Positions 22,600-36,020 of a DNA stretch of 64,000 nt are shown here, piece after piece. The DNA comes from Geosiphon pyriformis uo1 (taxonomy: Eukaryota; Fungi; Glomeromycota), in contig JAAOMT010000570.1 of the NCBI GenBank assembly GCA_016748015.1, positions 686,043 to 750,042 on the forward strand, written 5' to 3'. The position numbers and the translations under genes are program-made. The notes under the pieces were generated by a model. That model was not told where the DNA came from. It saw only the letters and a list, made by a program, of their open reading frames with translations, and ran no database searches. The stretch's first letter is position 1; each line of letters opens with the position of its first letter.

Positions 22600-25500
22600 C
22601 ACTTATATAAATTACAACATCAATATTTAAGCCAGAAAAAAACAAATATAATCTATAAAAACCAAAACCAACTGCAAATGTTTTATTAATTTTAAGCAAA
22701 TAAACAATATTACTTAACAACTAAAATAATACAAAGTGCAATAATATTAAAACCATTTTTATATTATTTATCAAGTTATTGTTTTTCATATTTATTCTGA
22801 ATTTAAATCTAAAATTTCAAATTACTATTCTATAATATTCAATAAATTTGCAAATAAACTTAACTATTATTAAACCTATTTTTTTCTTATTTTTAAACAT
22901 TACTACTGCTTTTTTAAACCATTTTTTCAAAATAAAACTCTTATTAATAATTTCATATAAACCAATATCAACTAAACTTGACAAAAAATTTTGAATAATT
23001 ATTGATATCTAAAAAGCACTAAATTCAACCAAAAACTGTTAACAAAAAATTATTTTTTGTATTATATTTTTATGTAAACCAGTATTATTTAGACAAATAA
23101 AAACATAATCAAAAAATTTTATCTTATTATACATTAAACACAAAACACCAAAGTAAAATCTGTTATAAAGTTTTTTTTTAATAGCAATTAATAATTTTTT
23201 ATAAACTGTTTTTATAAGATAAATATACAAATTTAAAGATATTTTATTAATAAATTTAGTATATATATGGAAATTTAAATACTAAACTAAAATTATATGT
23301 AATCAATCAATACAGTAAACAAAAAATCCAGTTACAATAACTGTATTAAAATCTGTTTTTTAGTTGATCTAATTAACTAATCTATAAACTTTATGTATAA
23401 AATAGTAAATATTACCTAATACTGTTTGATTATTAGTTAAAATAAATCTCTTTTAAATGTAATATTTAAGAAATAAACATAAATAAGCAACAATATTAGC
23501 AAACATATCTACTTTATTATTGCTTATATTTTTTAAATAGTTTTTAATCTTTATTTACTTAACTAAAATATTTTTATTTCTAATTAAGTTAACAATATGT
23601 TTTTGTTTCAATCAACAAATACTGCAAAAATCTAAATATTGTAAATTCAAATCTGAGGTATACATATTAATTACAATTTGGCTGTTTAAGTATATAATTA
23701 TTATATAAAATAAAAAAACATATTTTAAAGCCAAAGTAATTATCTGCAATTCAGTCATTATTAATAATATTAGATTTTGAATTTTTACTTTAATATCTAT
23801 ATTAATATTTGAAAAATAAACTGCTGTTTTATAAATTATAGATAAAAAACCCATATTTTTTAAAGATTTATTAATATAAACAGCAAAACTTCCAAATTAA
23901 ATTTAATATTAATAATCATAAACAGTGTTACCGGAGGTTTTTGGTCTCTTTTCTTAAATGTTGTCAATGCTTGTTTGCTGTGAATTCACGTTTTCTGGAT
24001 GTGGTTGAACCTCTAGTAACTGAATTTATCTTCAAATTATCTCCTATAATTTAAACTGCTGGACTTATAAGTAGAATGGCCAATTCTGTGCCAGTTGCTT
24101 TATGTAGTTACGTTGTAGTAAACATCAACTCTTTCCCAGGAAATGCTTGTCTGGAAGCTCACTAAAAAATGTGTAGTTACTTTGCTGTGAAAGTCAACTC
24201 TTCTACAGGAATCTCGTCTGTAGACTACTTTAATGATTATAGTAAGAAAATAAAAAGAAAATAAAAAAAATGTAAAAGAAATAGAATTCTGTCAAGAGAA
24301 ACGTTTTCTATCCAGGCCTGGAGTTACTAACAGTTTACTGAAATTAGTAGCTAATCAATTTTGAAATGTTAGTTGGGTTTTGGGGATTTTCCAAGTGCAA
24401 TAATTAAAGAACTTGGTTTTTCAAATTATTTGATATTTATTTCTTTTTGTGTATATAGGAATGGTTCTAAGTAATAAATCTAAAGTAAGATATATTTTCT
24501 TGAAGAGAGAAGCTCTTTTTTTATACAACTTGTCGTAACACTATTCTATGAACTTGAACTTTGCTATTTTCTACAATTTTGCTGAACTAAAGATACATTT
24601 TGGCAAACTACAAGTTATTTCTGCGAACTATTAGATATTTCGGTGAACTATCAATTATTTCAGCTAATTTATACAAATTTCGGCAAACTTTTGAATGTTA
24701 TATAGTTCGGGGTATTGCATGTTTGATCATCGCAATTAGGTTACATTTGTGTTGTGTACAATTTGGGTTATTAATTAAATGATAATTTCGGACATTTTTT
24801 GCTAATGTAATAAGTAATAATTTGAAATGATAATATATGCTAATTAATGATAGGAATTATAAGATAATTTCATGCTAAATAATATCTCTAATTTTGTCTG
24901 ATAACAACAGCCACAAAATTATTAGAATTTAAGACACTAAAAGAATCACAAATAGAAAACATGTATAAAGAGCCAGAATAAAAATTAGCCATAAATCTGG
25001 AAAATAACTTAAACCAATAAAAAACTGAATTCTTTGAATTCAATTTTTTCTAACAATAAAATATTTTTTAATTCATAACTACCTTATGTTTATCCAGGAA
25101 TTTGTTATCAAAAACTATGCCAAATTGTCTTAAAAAATTAATTATACCAAAATAACAAAAATTTCCTAAAATAGCTAACATAAAAAATTTGTTATATTTA
25201 TAAAAAGCACTAAGTAAATTATTAGTTAAAAATATTTTATTATCCAAAAAATTTTTTATTATGTTTACAAAAAAATTGTTTACTGGATTAATCTTTAGTT
25301 TTACAAAAAATTATAAAAAATTCAAAAATACTTGCCTCAAAATTTGCAAATTCAAGAATTAATAATCAAATAATTATTACTAACAGCATTAAAAAAAGTA
25401 ATTACTAAGACAGTTTTATTCTTTGCTTATAATTGTTTAAAAAACTTCAGTTTATACAAAGATAAATAGTACAAAAATTCACTAAAAAAGTTTTTAGGCA

Positions 25501-28500
25501 AATTAGTTTTGATCTTGAATCCCTTTCTCAACAAAGCATTCTATTTGTAATATATGTTTTTTAAAATAAAACCAAACTGAGTTCTATAATTAATAATTGG
25601 CTATAGTATTGTTAATATTAAATAAAAAAATTGTTTATTTATTAAAGTCTTTCTTAAAACCATATTGGAAAAAAATATAATATCTGAATATGCTTTGACC
25701 AAATTTGGCTTAAACAGATCTTTAGTTAACAGAAAGATTTTCAGATATCTGTGTAGTTTATTTTTATATACTATTATAATTAGTATCTTATTAATAAACA
25801 AAAAAGCAACTTTAATCTTTTGATTAATTAGAATAGCTATTGTTTTCTTATTGTTAATTAAAACATTATTAATAGAAAAAAAATTGCTAAGAATGTCTAA
25901 AATATATTGTGTAGATATATAACTGTTCTTTATCTAAATAATATTATCAACAAAAACTCTAATTACAAGAAAAAATGTTCTGTTTAAATTGGCTTTTACT
26001 TTTCCTAATTTGGTAATAAACTTTAAATTAATATAATATTTACACAAATATTTCTGTCTTTTAACTTTGCACAAAAAAAAATTGTAAAATATTCTTTAAA
26101 GCAAAGATAAAAAAACTTTATTTTAATCCAATTTATTATGCATTTTATATTCATTTGAAAGTTCAAAATCTGTCATCATCTTATTAATTTTATTTATATA
26201 CAGATTGCCAAAATATTTAATAAAGTTCTTGTATATTTTTATTTGTCTTAAACTCTATTACAGATAAATTTAGTTAACAAAATTATAAACTTTACACATA
26301 TCTTGTAATATTAGCTATAACTCTTTATCCTTTTTTAAAATATTTTTAATAATTAAATTTACTATAAAAATAAGATTCTAAATAAAAGTGCTCTTAAGCA
26401 CAAAGAAATTGTCTCCATAAAACATACCAAAATCACTACAAGCAGAAAAGATATAATTCAAAAAAATTTTTAACAGAATTTTTATTATTATTTCAATTAA
26501 AACAATAAATCTGGCATTTGTTAACACCCTTTTTTAATTATATGACTTTAAAATTATAGAAACCCAAAATTTTTTTCAAGATCCAAGAATATACTTTAAA
26601 ACCAAGCAACTATTTAACAAATTTAAAAGACATTTTAAAACATTATTACTATAATACTTTTACAATTTATTTAAAATATCAGAAAGACTAATAGCTTTAT
26701 TATTAAAAAAATAGCCAATTATTTGCTTTAATTTCTAAACTTAATTTTTTTTATAATCTTAGAAAATATACTATTATTTACATAATTCAAAAGCATATAT
26801 TGATATAACTAAAGACCAAACATTTTTTTATTTGGTCTTTTATAATACTGTTTATTTTATTTTTTATTTTCTTTGACTTCAGAATCAACTTATCATTTAT
26901 TATTAAATAATTCAGCACTATTTTTTAAAAAAGTTATTTTAAACTATTTTTTATTATACAGTCTTTGTTTGTATAAAAGTTTTCTATTTTTTTATTAATG
27001 GTTTTCTTAATAACTAATATTTTAGTAACTTTAAATTCATAAAACTTAGATTGGTAATAATTTTCTTTAGTTTTAAATAAATAATCAAGAACCATCTTAG
27101 ACTTTACTTTATATTTAATTAAAAACTAAATATTATAAGCTTTAATAGCATTAATTTTCAACCAAATCTTTATAAAATATTTAAAATTAAGAGTATTTTT
27201 AGAGACAAAAATCTTGACAATCTTAGAAACCAATATTTTCAACCTAAAAAATTTTGAAGATTGTTTGTTCTTTAAAATATTAAACTTATTGAACTAATAT
27301 TTAGAAAAAATTTTATTTGTAGAATCTATTATTATTTTATCCAAACACTTTTATATTATGTTTAAATTATTTTGTTTTTTTGTATCTTAAAAATTGTGTT
27401 GAATTGAGCATATATTCAAAAATGAACAGTTTTTAAATTATGTTTATTTTAACATATCAGCATTTTTTATTCCAAACTTCTAATAATTATAATTAGTTTG
27501 TTTGTGCAAAGCATTTAAATAAACATTTAAAAAACTACTTAAACTAAGAAATATTAACATAATCTTGTATTTAATATTAAAAAACTCAGATATATTAAAA
27601 ATTTTACAACTAATAATAATTAACAGAAAGTATTTATTAACAAAAATGTAATTAATAATCTTCTTAACACTTCTTGAATTGCTTTATGTTGGTGTTTTGG
27701 CTGCAAAATCTCCAAAAAATAAATTATGTAAACTCAAATTAAAACACTTCTTAATACTAGTACTTTTTCTCATATTATTTTTATTAAAATTATCTTCAAG
27801 TATTATATAAGAACCAAAACTAATTGTTTTAATAATAAAAAAGTTTATTTCACTAGTCTAACCAAAATATATACTTGTTAAAACACCAGTATAAATCTCT
27901 AAAATAATAATTAACAGACTATTATTAAATAAAAAATAAATTGACAAAAAACAACTTAAAATCTTTAACACTTTGCTTACATATTGAGCAAGTATATTAT
28001 TTATTATTATTACAATATTTAAATTCAAGTAGCCAGAATTCAAACCAGATACAAAAACTTTCAAACCAGAAAATCTGTTTTTTATCTATAACTTGTGTTG
28101 TTTTTTTAGCTTTGTCTTAGTTATAAAGAAAATTAAATTTTTAGAATTTCTATGACACTTAACAATATCTTTTTATTTAACTAAATTTTTCATATCTTTA
28201 ATATTACATATAGCAAACTTTCAAACTAACTTATTTATTAAAATACAAAAAACAACAAAAAATTTAAACCAGAACACAACTGATTTAATTTTATCAGGAT
28301 TAAATTAACCAAAACTTACAAGACAACCAACTTTGATTTCAAACTTTTTATCTTAATTGTAAAAATTTTTAATGCACTTGTATTTGGAATTAACTTTTTA
28401 TTAATCATTAATATAAAAAAAGAGAAAGTTTTATGTAAATTATTTATAACCAAATCTGAATTCAAAATCAGACCAAAACTTAATAATACTATTAAAAAAA

Positions 28501-28600
28501 ATAAAGACATAACAAGTATTTGAAAAGCCAGAACTAACTCTTTTAACTTACAAAAAATACTAGAAATCTAAACCAATTCTTAAGAAAAACTTTGTTCATT
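22600..28600 (-). mobile_element. Strongly decayed LINE (end of ORF1 + ORF2), tail-to-tail with the 15420-22225 copy, interrupted by a solo LTR
   Basis: EN start WKFAxCNI at ~28220, RT VFVDNII at ~25950, RNase H VYINKSLKN at ~23870, Zn finger relic at ~23120. Confidence 0.75.
23926..24906 (-). repeat. Solo LTR, family A
   Basis: TGTTACC...GATAACA termini; perfect 4-bp TSD ACAG (23922-23925 / 24907-24910); homologous to the LTRs at 39762, 41202 and 50067. Confidence 0.93.
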
Positions 28601-28849
28601 AATTTAATTACTATTTTTTTTATAAAATTTTATATTGTATCTAAATTATTTAGCTTTTTTATACTTTGAAATTTATTTAGTACTAAAAACATCTTTATTA
28701 ATAAGCATTTCTTAAATTAAGCCTATTTTGAATTATCTGTATTTTTAAAGTCAAACTTCTATTAATTTTTATTAACATGTTTTTGAATTATATTTAAATG
28801 TTTATTCAAAAAATTATTTAAATCAAGAAAAACCTTAACAATTAAATAA

Positions 28850-31520
28850 TTAATATTAAAAAAATTAAACACATTACTAATTTTTTATCTAACTACAACT
28901 GTTAAAAAATATTTACTAATAAAAATATAATTAATAGTTTTTTTTACACTTTTTAAATTGTTTTATATTAGGAGTTTAATAGTAGAATTACTTAAAAAAG
29001 AATTGTATAAACCCAAATTAAAACATTTTTTGAAATTCATTCTATTTTACACTATTTTTGTTAAAATTACTTTTTACTATTATATAAGAACTTAAATTAA
29101 CTGCTTTGGCAATATAAAAGTTTATTTTACAAACTTAACTAAATTATATATTAGCTAAAACTTTAACATACAGATCTAAAATTGTTATCAAAAGCTTATT
29201 GTCAAACAATAAATAAATTGAGAAAAAACAACCAAGAATCTTAAAAACTTTATATATATACTGAACAAAAATATTATTTATTACTATTATTACTTTTATA
29301 TTCAGATAACCAAAGTCTAAACCAAAAACAAAAATTTTCAAACTCAGAAACTTGTTTTTAATTTAAGACTTAGTCTGTCTTTTTAATTTTGTTTTAATAA
29401 ATATAAAAACCAAATTGCCAAAATTCTTATGTGATTTAATAATATTTTTTTGCTTAGCCAAATTGGTTATTTTTTTAATATTATATGTTGTGAATTTCCA
29501 AATATAATTGGTCATTAAAACAAAAAAATTATTAAAAAATTTATGCCAGCACATAAATAATCTAATCTTACCAAAACTGAATTAATAAAAATTTTAAAAA
29601 CAATTATTTTTAATTTTAATTTACTTATTTTTGTAATTAAAACTTTAAAACTACTTAAACTCAGATTCAAATTATCAATTGTTATTAGTAAAAAAAAAGA
29701 AGATTACACTAATAAGTAATTTAAAACTATATTCAAATTCAAACTTGGATTTAAGATCATTAAATTAGTCAAAGTAAAAGAATAAAAAACAAAAACCAAG
29801 GACACCAAATTTATACTACTCAGTTTGTATACAATATCAAATATTTAATTAGTCAGTAATTTCAAAAAATATTCTAAAAAAACCAAGTAAGCATCAATAA
29901 ATAAAAAGTTTTACAGAAAATAAAAAATCTTATTAAAATATAAAACACTAAAAAAAAAATAATCAGAGCCAGAACCAAAGTAAATATTATTAAAAACAGA
30001 AGCTACTGAGACTATTTGAGCTTAAAATTTGTTATCAAAAACAACAGAACATAAAATAGAAATGTTTTTCTTGGTATATAACTTAGTTAATTAGTGATAA
30101 TTTTTATTTAAAACAAACTTTTTATATGTTCTTAAAAATAAAATAGAAAAAGCATCTAAAACATTATACTTTAAAGCAAAATGTTTGAAATACTTATACT
30201 TTTTACAATAAATCAAGTTCAATCTAATTCAAAAAAGTTTTATATTATCAAAATTGGCTTTATGTAAAAAGCAAATTTCAGATTTTTTTTAATTTGAAAC
30301 TAATTACAACATAAAAGTTTTATTATTTGTTTTAAATAATTAATTAATTATACAAGTTTTTTTATTAGCATTTTTTAACAAGACACTAAGATCATAAACA
30401 GTTATTTTCATAAACAATATAAACAAAAGTACTTTAAATTAATCTCTAAACATTTAAATATTATAATTTTTTACAGCTTTGGTCATATATACTAAGTTTT
30501 TTTTAATTAGAAAAGACTATTTAAATGTTAACAAATTAACTTGATCCAATTTGACAAACTCTATTACAGCCTTTTATCAAAGTCTAATTAATTATAATTG
30601 TATTAATATTATTTGATTATATTTAATTATTGCAGTAAAAATTATCTTTTTTGACATGTTTATGAAAATTTTCTTGATTATTATAGTCCAATCTGAATAA
30701 AAACCTTGTATTTTGAGATTGCTGTTTACTTTGATATCTTTTTTTTCAATTAATAATATAACTTTTTTTATGTTTTTCTTTAATATAAATATAAATCTAA
30801 TAATCTTTTCAAATTTTAAAAAAGTAGTGGCTTCTTTAAAATTATTGATTATTAAAAATAACTTCTTTATAAATTAAGTTTTTGTTATTACTAATTTTTT
30901 TTCTATAATTGATAGATTAATGTCTAGTACAAAAAATTTTCTAATAAGTATATTTACCTAAGTCTTAATAACTTTAAAATCAATATATTTTTTATCTAAA
31001 GACATTAAAAAACAAAAAAAAATAAAACTTTATTATTATTAAAATTGTATTTTAAAGTATTAATAAAAAACTTAACTATTTTATTAATGTTAATTTATTT
31101 TGTCTTTAGGGTATTCATTCTTAAATTAAAGTAATTTTTACTTTTAATACTAATTTTATAATTAGTTTTAATATTTATAAAAAGACTTATTAGCATTTTT
31201 TTTATTTGTATTTATTTTAATAAATTGCTTAATAATTTACCTAGCTTCTTTAAAATTTATATTTGTCTTATTATTTAAATGTTTAACAATATTTAAAAAT
31301 ATTTTCTGCCATTAAATCAAGCTATTACTAACCAAATTTAAAGCCAAAACTTTAACTAATCTTTTTTAGCAGTAGAATCATTTATAGTAACAATTAATTT
31401 AATAATAAAAAAATTAGATTCTTAAGAAATAGTAAGATATATAACAAAAAACCAAAAAAAACTTTTTTCAAAATTTGATTTTTTTTTAAAAATTAAAAAT
31501 AAAAAAGAGAAAAAAGTTTT
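28850..31520 (-). mobile_element. Second decayed LINE fragment (5' UTR, ORF1, endonuclease start)
   Basis: Second EN start IWKFTTYNI at ~29500 and ORF1 relics at 29520-31400; duplicates the domain at 27600-28240. Confidence 0.7.
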
Positions 31521-32229
31521 TTGGTTTTATTTAAATTTTAATTAAAACAATATTATTTTTTACTAATTATAAATAAAATTTTTATTTTTATTTTTTAATT
31601 TAAAAATTAGAATAAAATAATATTAAAAAAATAAATAAATAATATAAAAAAGCATTAATTAATAATAAAGTTTTAGTTTTTACAATATTATTATAATTAA
31701 AACTTTATTTAATCATAATTATTAATCATTAATATTATTAATTAACTATTTTATTTTTAGAAATAATTATTAATATAATTAATATAATTATTGATTTTTT
31801 TTAAAAGTATATAAGTAAGATTTTCAAAACTATAAAAATTTATTCATATTTAAATTAAATTTATTTAAAGTAAAGATTAATATAATAATATCGAATTTTT
31901 TTTCTTAATTTGTATAATTATTAGTTTTTATAAAGTATATTAAATAAATATTTACTAAAAAATACAATTAATACTTAATATAAATTCTAAGAATATTAAT
32001 ATAAAACATAAAATTATATTATTTTTATTTTTATTTTTTTTAATGAATAAGATCCATTATATTATTATATTATTTTTATTAATAATATAAATTATTTTTT
32101 TATTTTTAACTTTTTTTGTTATTTTTTAAAAAGAATAATAACTGAATATTTATAAAAATAATTTATATAAATTTTTACTAATTTAAATTGTTTATTAAAG
32201 TTAAATTATTTTATTATTATATAATATTG

Positions 32230-32265
<36 letters not shown>

Positions 32266-32291
32266 GAATTTAATAAGTATAGCCCAACCAC
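32230..32291 (-). mobile_element. LINE 3'-end stub with (TAA)n tail, cut by a family B LTR
   Basis: Minus strand GTGGTTGGGCTATACTTATT followed by (AAT)n; resembles the 12150-12200 stub. Confidence 0.45.
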
Positions 32292-33066
32292 TATTATATG
32301 TGATTATTTGAGATCTCAAAGCAAATAACAAACCCATAATTTGGTGTTCAATTAATATAATAATATTGATTTCTGAAGGTTTTGATATCTGAAGGTTTTG
32401 GTTGAGTTCTTTGTATAATGGATAGAGATTCAATAAGGTTTCAATAGTCTTCCAAAATCACAATTCTGTCGAATTTCTTTTTCAGCATAGTGGTTGGTAA
32501 TCTAACAAAAATACCCTTCTGGTAAGCTATTTGTAAATTCTCAATTCTATACCCTTCCTTTGGGGTCTTTTATCAGGCTATCCTTAATATTAATAATTCA
32601 GTGCTTAATCTTTAATTAATTAATAAAACAAAAGAAATAACAAAAGAAAATAAAAGAAAATAAAAGAAAATAAAGAAATAAGCTAAGGCAATAAATGTTA
32701 GTATTCTATCAATAGCCATGATCAAGAGCTATTGTTTCAGTATGGTTAAGTATCAATTACTATTAACATGAAGAGTTAATAGTAAAAAGTAGATTGAGAT
32801 AGTGAATAATTATTTATTTGATATTTGTAATGTGGAATGTTGCTTAAATCAAATCTAAACTGAGAGATCTGTCTTTTCTGCTTCTAATGCTACTGCTATA
32901 TATACATAATTGAGATTTCTCAATTTCTCAATTCTTCACACCAGGAATCCTGGAATTTCTAGAATCCTGCAATTTCTTTGAGAGAAATTCTGGAATTCTG
33001 GAATCCTACAATTCCTCTTGAGAGAAATCTTGGAATTCCATATCTACTATGGCTACTTCTAATTGG

Positions 33067-33750
33067 CTAATTTATGCTAATATACTTCCTATATTCTATA
33101 AGTAACATTATTTTTTCTTTTTAATATTGAGCTTCATCAAAATCTTCTAATTTTAATTCTCCATCTTTGAGTATTTCCTGAACTTCTTTTTCAAAAATTA
33201 TTTGTGTTATCTTGTTCTGTAATTTTTCAAATTAGGCATTGGTTATTTTTTCTATTTGGTTAACAGTAATAGAATTAATTGTTAAATTGAGTAAGATTTC
33301 AGGTCAGTTTTGAAATCCAATTTGTAATTGATAGATGGTTCATGCTTGTGTGACTAAATTGTTCTTCCTCACAAATTGTTCAAGCTGTTGTAATATCTTT
33401 GAATTGAATAATAACTTTGTTTTATTCATATATAAGTTTTGGATATTTAAATATTGTTCCAAGTAAAAATAATAAAAGTTTCTTAAAAATTGTTGTATTC
33501 ACCACTTCCAAGTTTTTTTAGTTATTTCTTGATATGGAATAACACTTGTTGGCTTTTCTATTGCCAATTTCAGTTTTAAAATTATTTTGTTGATAGTGCT
33601 TTCTGGTTTTTTCTGTACTTTGTATTGGCATATTTTTCTGGTATCTTGGTATCAAATGGTTTGTTAGTTGATAGTAATTTCCATATTCTGTTGTTGAATC
33701 AGTTGGAAAAATTGTTGTGCCAGTGTGTATATGTTGTTAGTAATTTTTAT
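33067..33750 (-). pseudogene. B2 ORF3 (accessory ORF of unknown function, 228 codons)
   Basis: Single frame with transition-derived stops; aligns by eye to family A ORF3; ends inside the LTR. Confidence 0.65.
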
Positions 33751-33850
33751 TTTTTTTTGTTGTTTTTGTCACATATATCATGTCTTTTTATACTCTTTTG
33801 GTTGTTCAATTTAATGTATTTGGTTCAATAATTATGATTGATTCCAGATC

Positions 33851-35189
33851 TCATGGAATCTCATCTGGTTGGACTAGTATTCTCTGTATTCCTAATTGTG
33901 GAATATTACTGGTAAATGGTAACACTATATAGTAATATAGTTTTAGTTGATTATTATGTGCTGTTTTGATTAAGATTTTGTTGTTCAACCTTAATTTATA
34001 AGCTCCATTTCCAAGAATTTTTTCTATGTAAATTGTCCATCTCATTTGGGGTCAAATTTTCCACTCCATTGTTTTTTCACTTTGGTATAATATAAGAGTA
34101 CTTTGTCTCCAATCTTGAATTCAACTGGTTTATCTGGTAGTTGGTTATCATGTCTTTTTTTTTGTTTTTTTTTGTAACTTTTGAATATTATCAGCTGCTT
34201 TTCACCTTTTGTTTTCTAGTGTCTCCATTAAGTCATATGTTTTTCTCAACAATATTCTTTGAAAATTTCCTTCTGTTATTGGTTTTGTTGGATATGTTTT
34301 GACTTTTATCTCAATTGGTAATGTTGCTGTTCTACTATATAGTAATTCAAATAGTGTTGCTTGTGTAATATCTTGCTTCATTGTCCAATAAGCAAATAAT
34401 ACTGATGATATAAACAAATTCCATTTATCCTGGTTTTTTTGGCTGATTTTGGCAATTGTTTTACACAATGTTCTGTTAAATCTTTCAACTAACCCATTTG
34501 TTTGTGAATGATATGATGATGATAATAGTCTTTTTATTTCAAATTTTTGGCTTAATTCTGCTAATGTTCTATTTACAAAATAAGTTCTTTGATCAGATAA
34601 TAATTTTTTTAGGCATTTGTGTCAACAAATTAGATCTTGATGAACAAATTCAGCAATGAATTCTATATCTGCTTTTTGAATGGCTTTTGCTTTTGGCTAT
34701 TTTATAAGATAGTCCATGGCTATTGCAATATATCTGTTGTTTTTGCTGGTTATGGTTAATAGTCTTACTAAGTTAATTTTGATGTAATCAAATAGTTGTC
34801 TTATTTTGATTGGTTTCAATGGCTCACTGGGTTTTGTTTCTTCTCTTCTCTGACAAGCATCACAATTTTGAACATATTGAATAATGTCTGGATACATAGA
34901 TGGCCAATAGTATTTTTTTCTGGTTCTTTTTATGGTTACTTCTTTATGAAAATATTCTGCTGTTAAATCTGAGTACATGTTAAACAATATTGTTTTTTTT
35001 TTCTGGTTCTGTGATTACTCTAATTGGTTGATCCAAATTTTTTTTGTTTTTCTAGTAAAGTATATTTTGATGGTTGATAAAATATTTTGATTGTTGTTTT
35101 ATGTTGTTTTGTTTCTTTTGAGATAATTTCTCCTTGAACAATTAAATATTTATATAATATTGAAATTGTTAGTATTTTTGTATATTTAT
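33851..35189 (-). pseudogene. B2 integrase (separate ORF; start ATG decayed to ATA)
   Basis: YYWPSMYPDIIQYVQNCDAC, IAMDYL, SDQ, NGLVERFNRTL-like, KWDGQF...GNGAYKL. Confidence 0.8.
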
Positions 35190-36020
35190 CTTTTATTATA
35201 TTTTTGAGTTGAAATGTTTTAGATTTGTTTTATTCATGACAAACTATCGGCATTTACATTTTCTTTTCCTTTTTTGTAATATACTGTATAATTAAATAGT
35301 GAAAGTTCTATTTTTCGTCTGACATGACAATTATCTCCAAATTTTTGTTTCTGGATTGAAATCAATCTTTTGTGATCAGTATACATATCAAATTTTTTAC
35401 TTAAGTATTCTTTCTATTTTATGACTGTCCAATAGATTGCTAAGTGTTTTAATGCTGGTGTTCCATAGTTTTTTTCAGTTGGATTTAAGCTGTGGCTAGC
35501 ATATGCTACTGGATGTTCTCTTCTATCTGGTCCTTTCTGAGATAGTACAGCTCCTAATACTTAATCCAATGTGTCAGTAGTAATGATGAATAGTTTACTG
35601 TAATCTGGATAAATTAATACTGGGACTTGAATAAGCTTTTTTTTTAGTGTATCAAAAGCTTTTTGTTGAGTTTCAGTTCATTTATATTTGGTGTTCTTTG
35701 TTTGAAATTAGTGTAGTGGTTGAGCTATTTTGGAAAAATTTTTAATAAAGCAGCAGTAGCATCCAACAAATCCCAAGAATGTTTTTAATTCTGTAAGATT
35801 ATTTGGTACTAGAAAGTTCTTAACAATCTCAATCTTATTTGGATCTGTTTTAATACTATTTTTGCTTATAACATGTTTCAAAAACTTGAGTTCAGTTTTT
35901 TTAAGGAAACATTTGGTTGCATTTAATTTTAATCTAGCTCTTCTTAGTTTTTCAAATACTTGTTGAAGATGATGCAAATGATTATCAAATGTTTTAGAGA
36001 ACATATTAGTGTCATTCAGA

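Larger units (their letters stand above)
32292..36020 (-). mobile_element. Ty3/gypsy family B element B2, 3' half (RT C-terminus, RNase H, integrase, ORF3, PPT, 3' LTR 32292-33107)
   Basis: RT FDNHLHHLQQVF, RNase H NADSLS, integrase core and GPF module; LTR is the reverse complement of 50267-51194. Confidence 0.88.
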
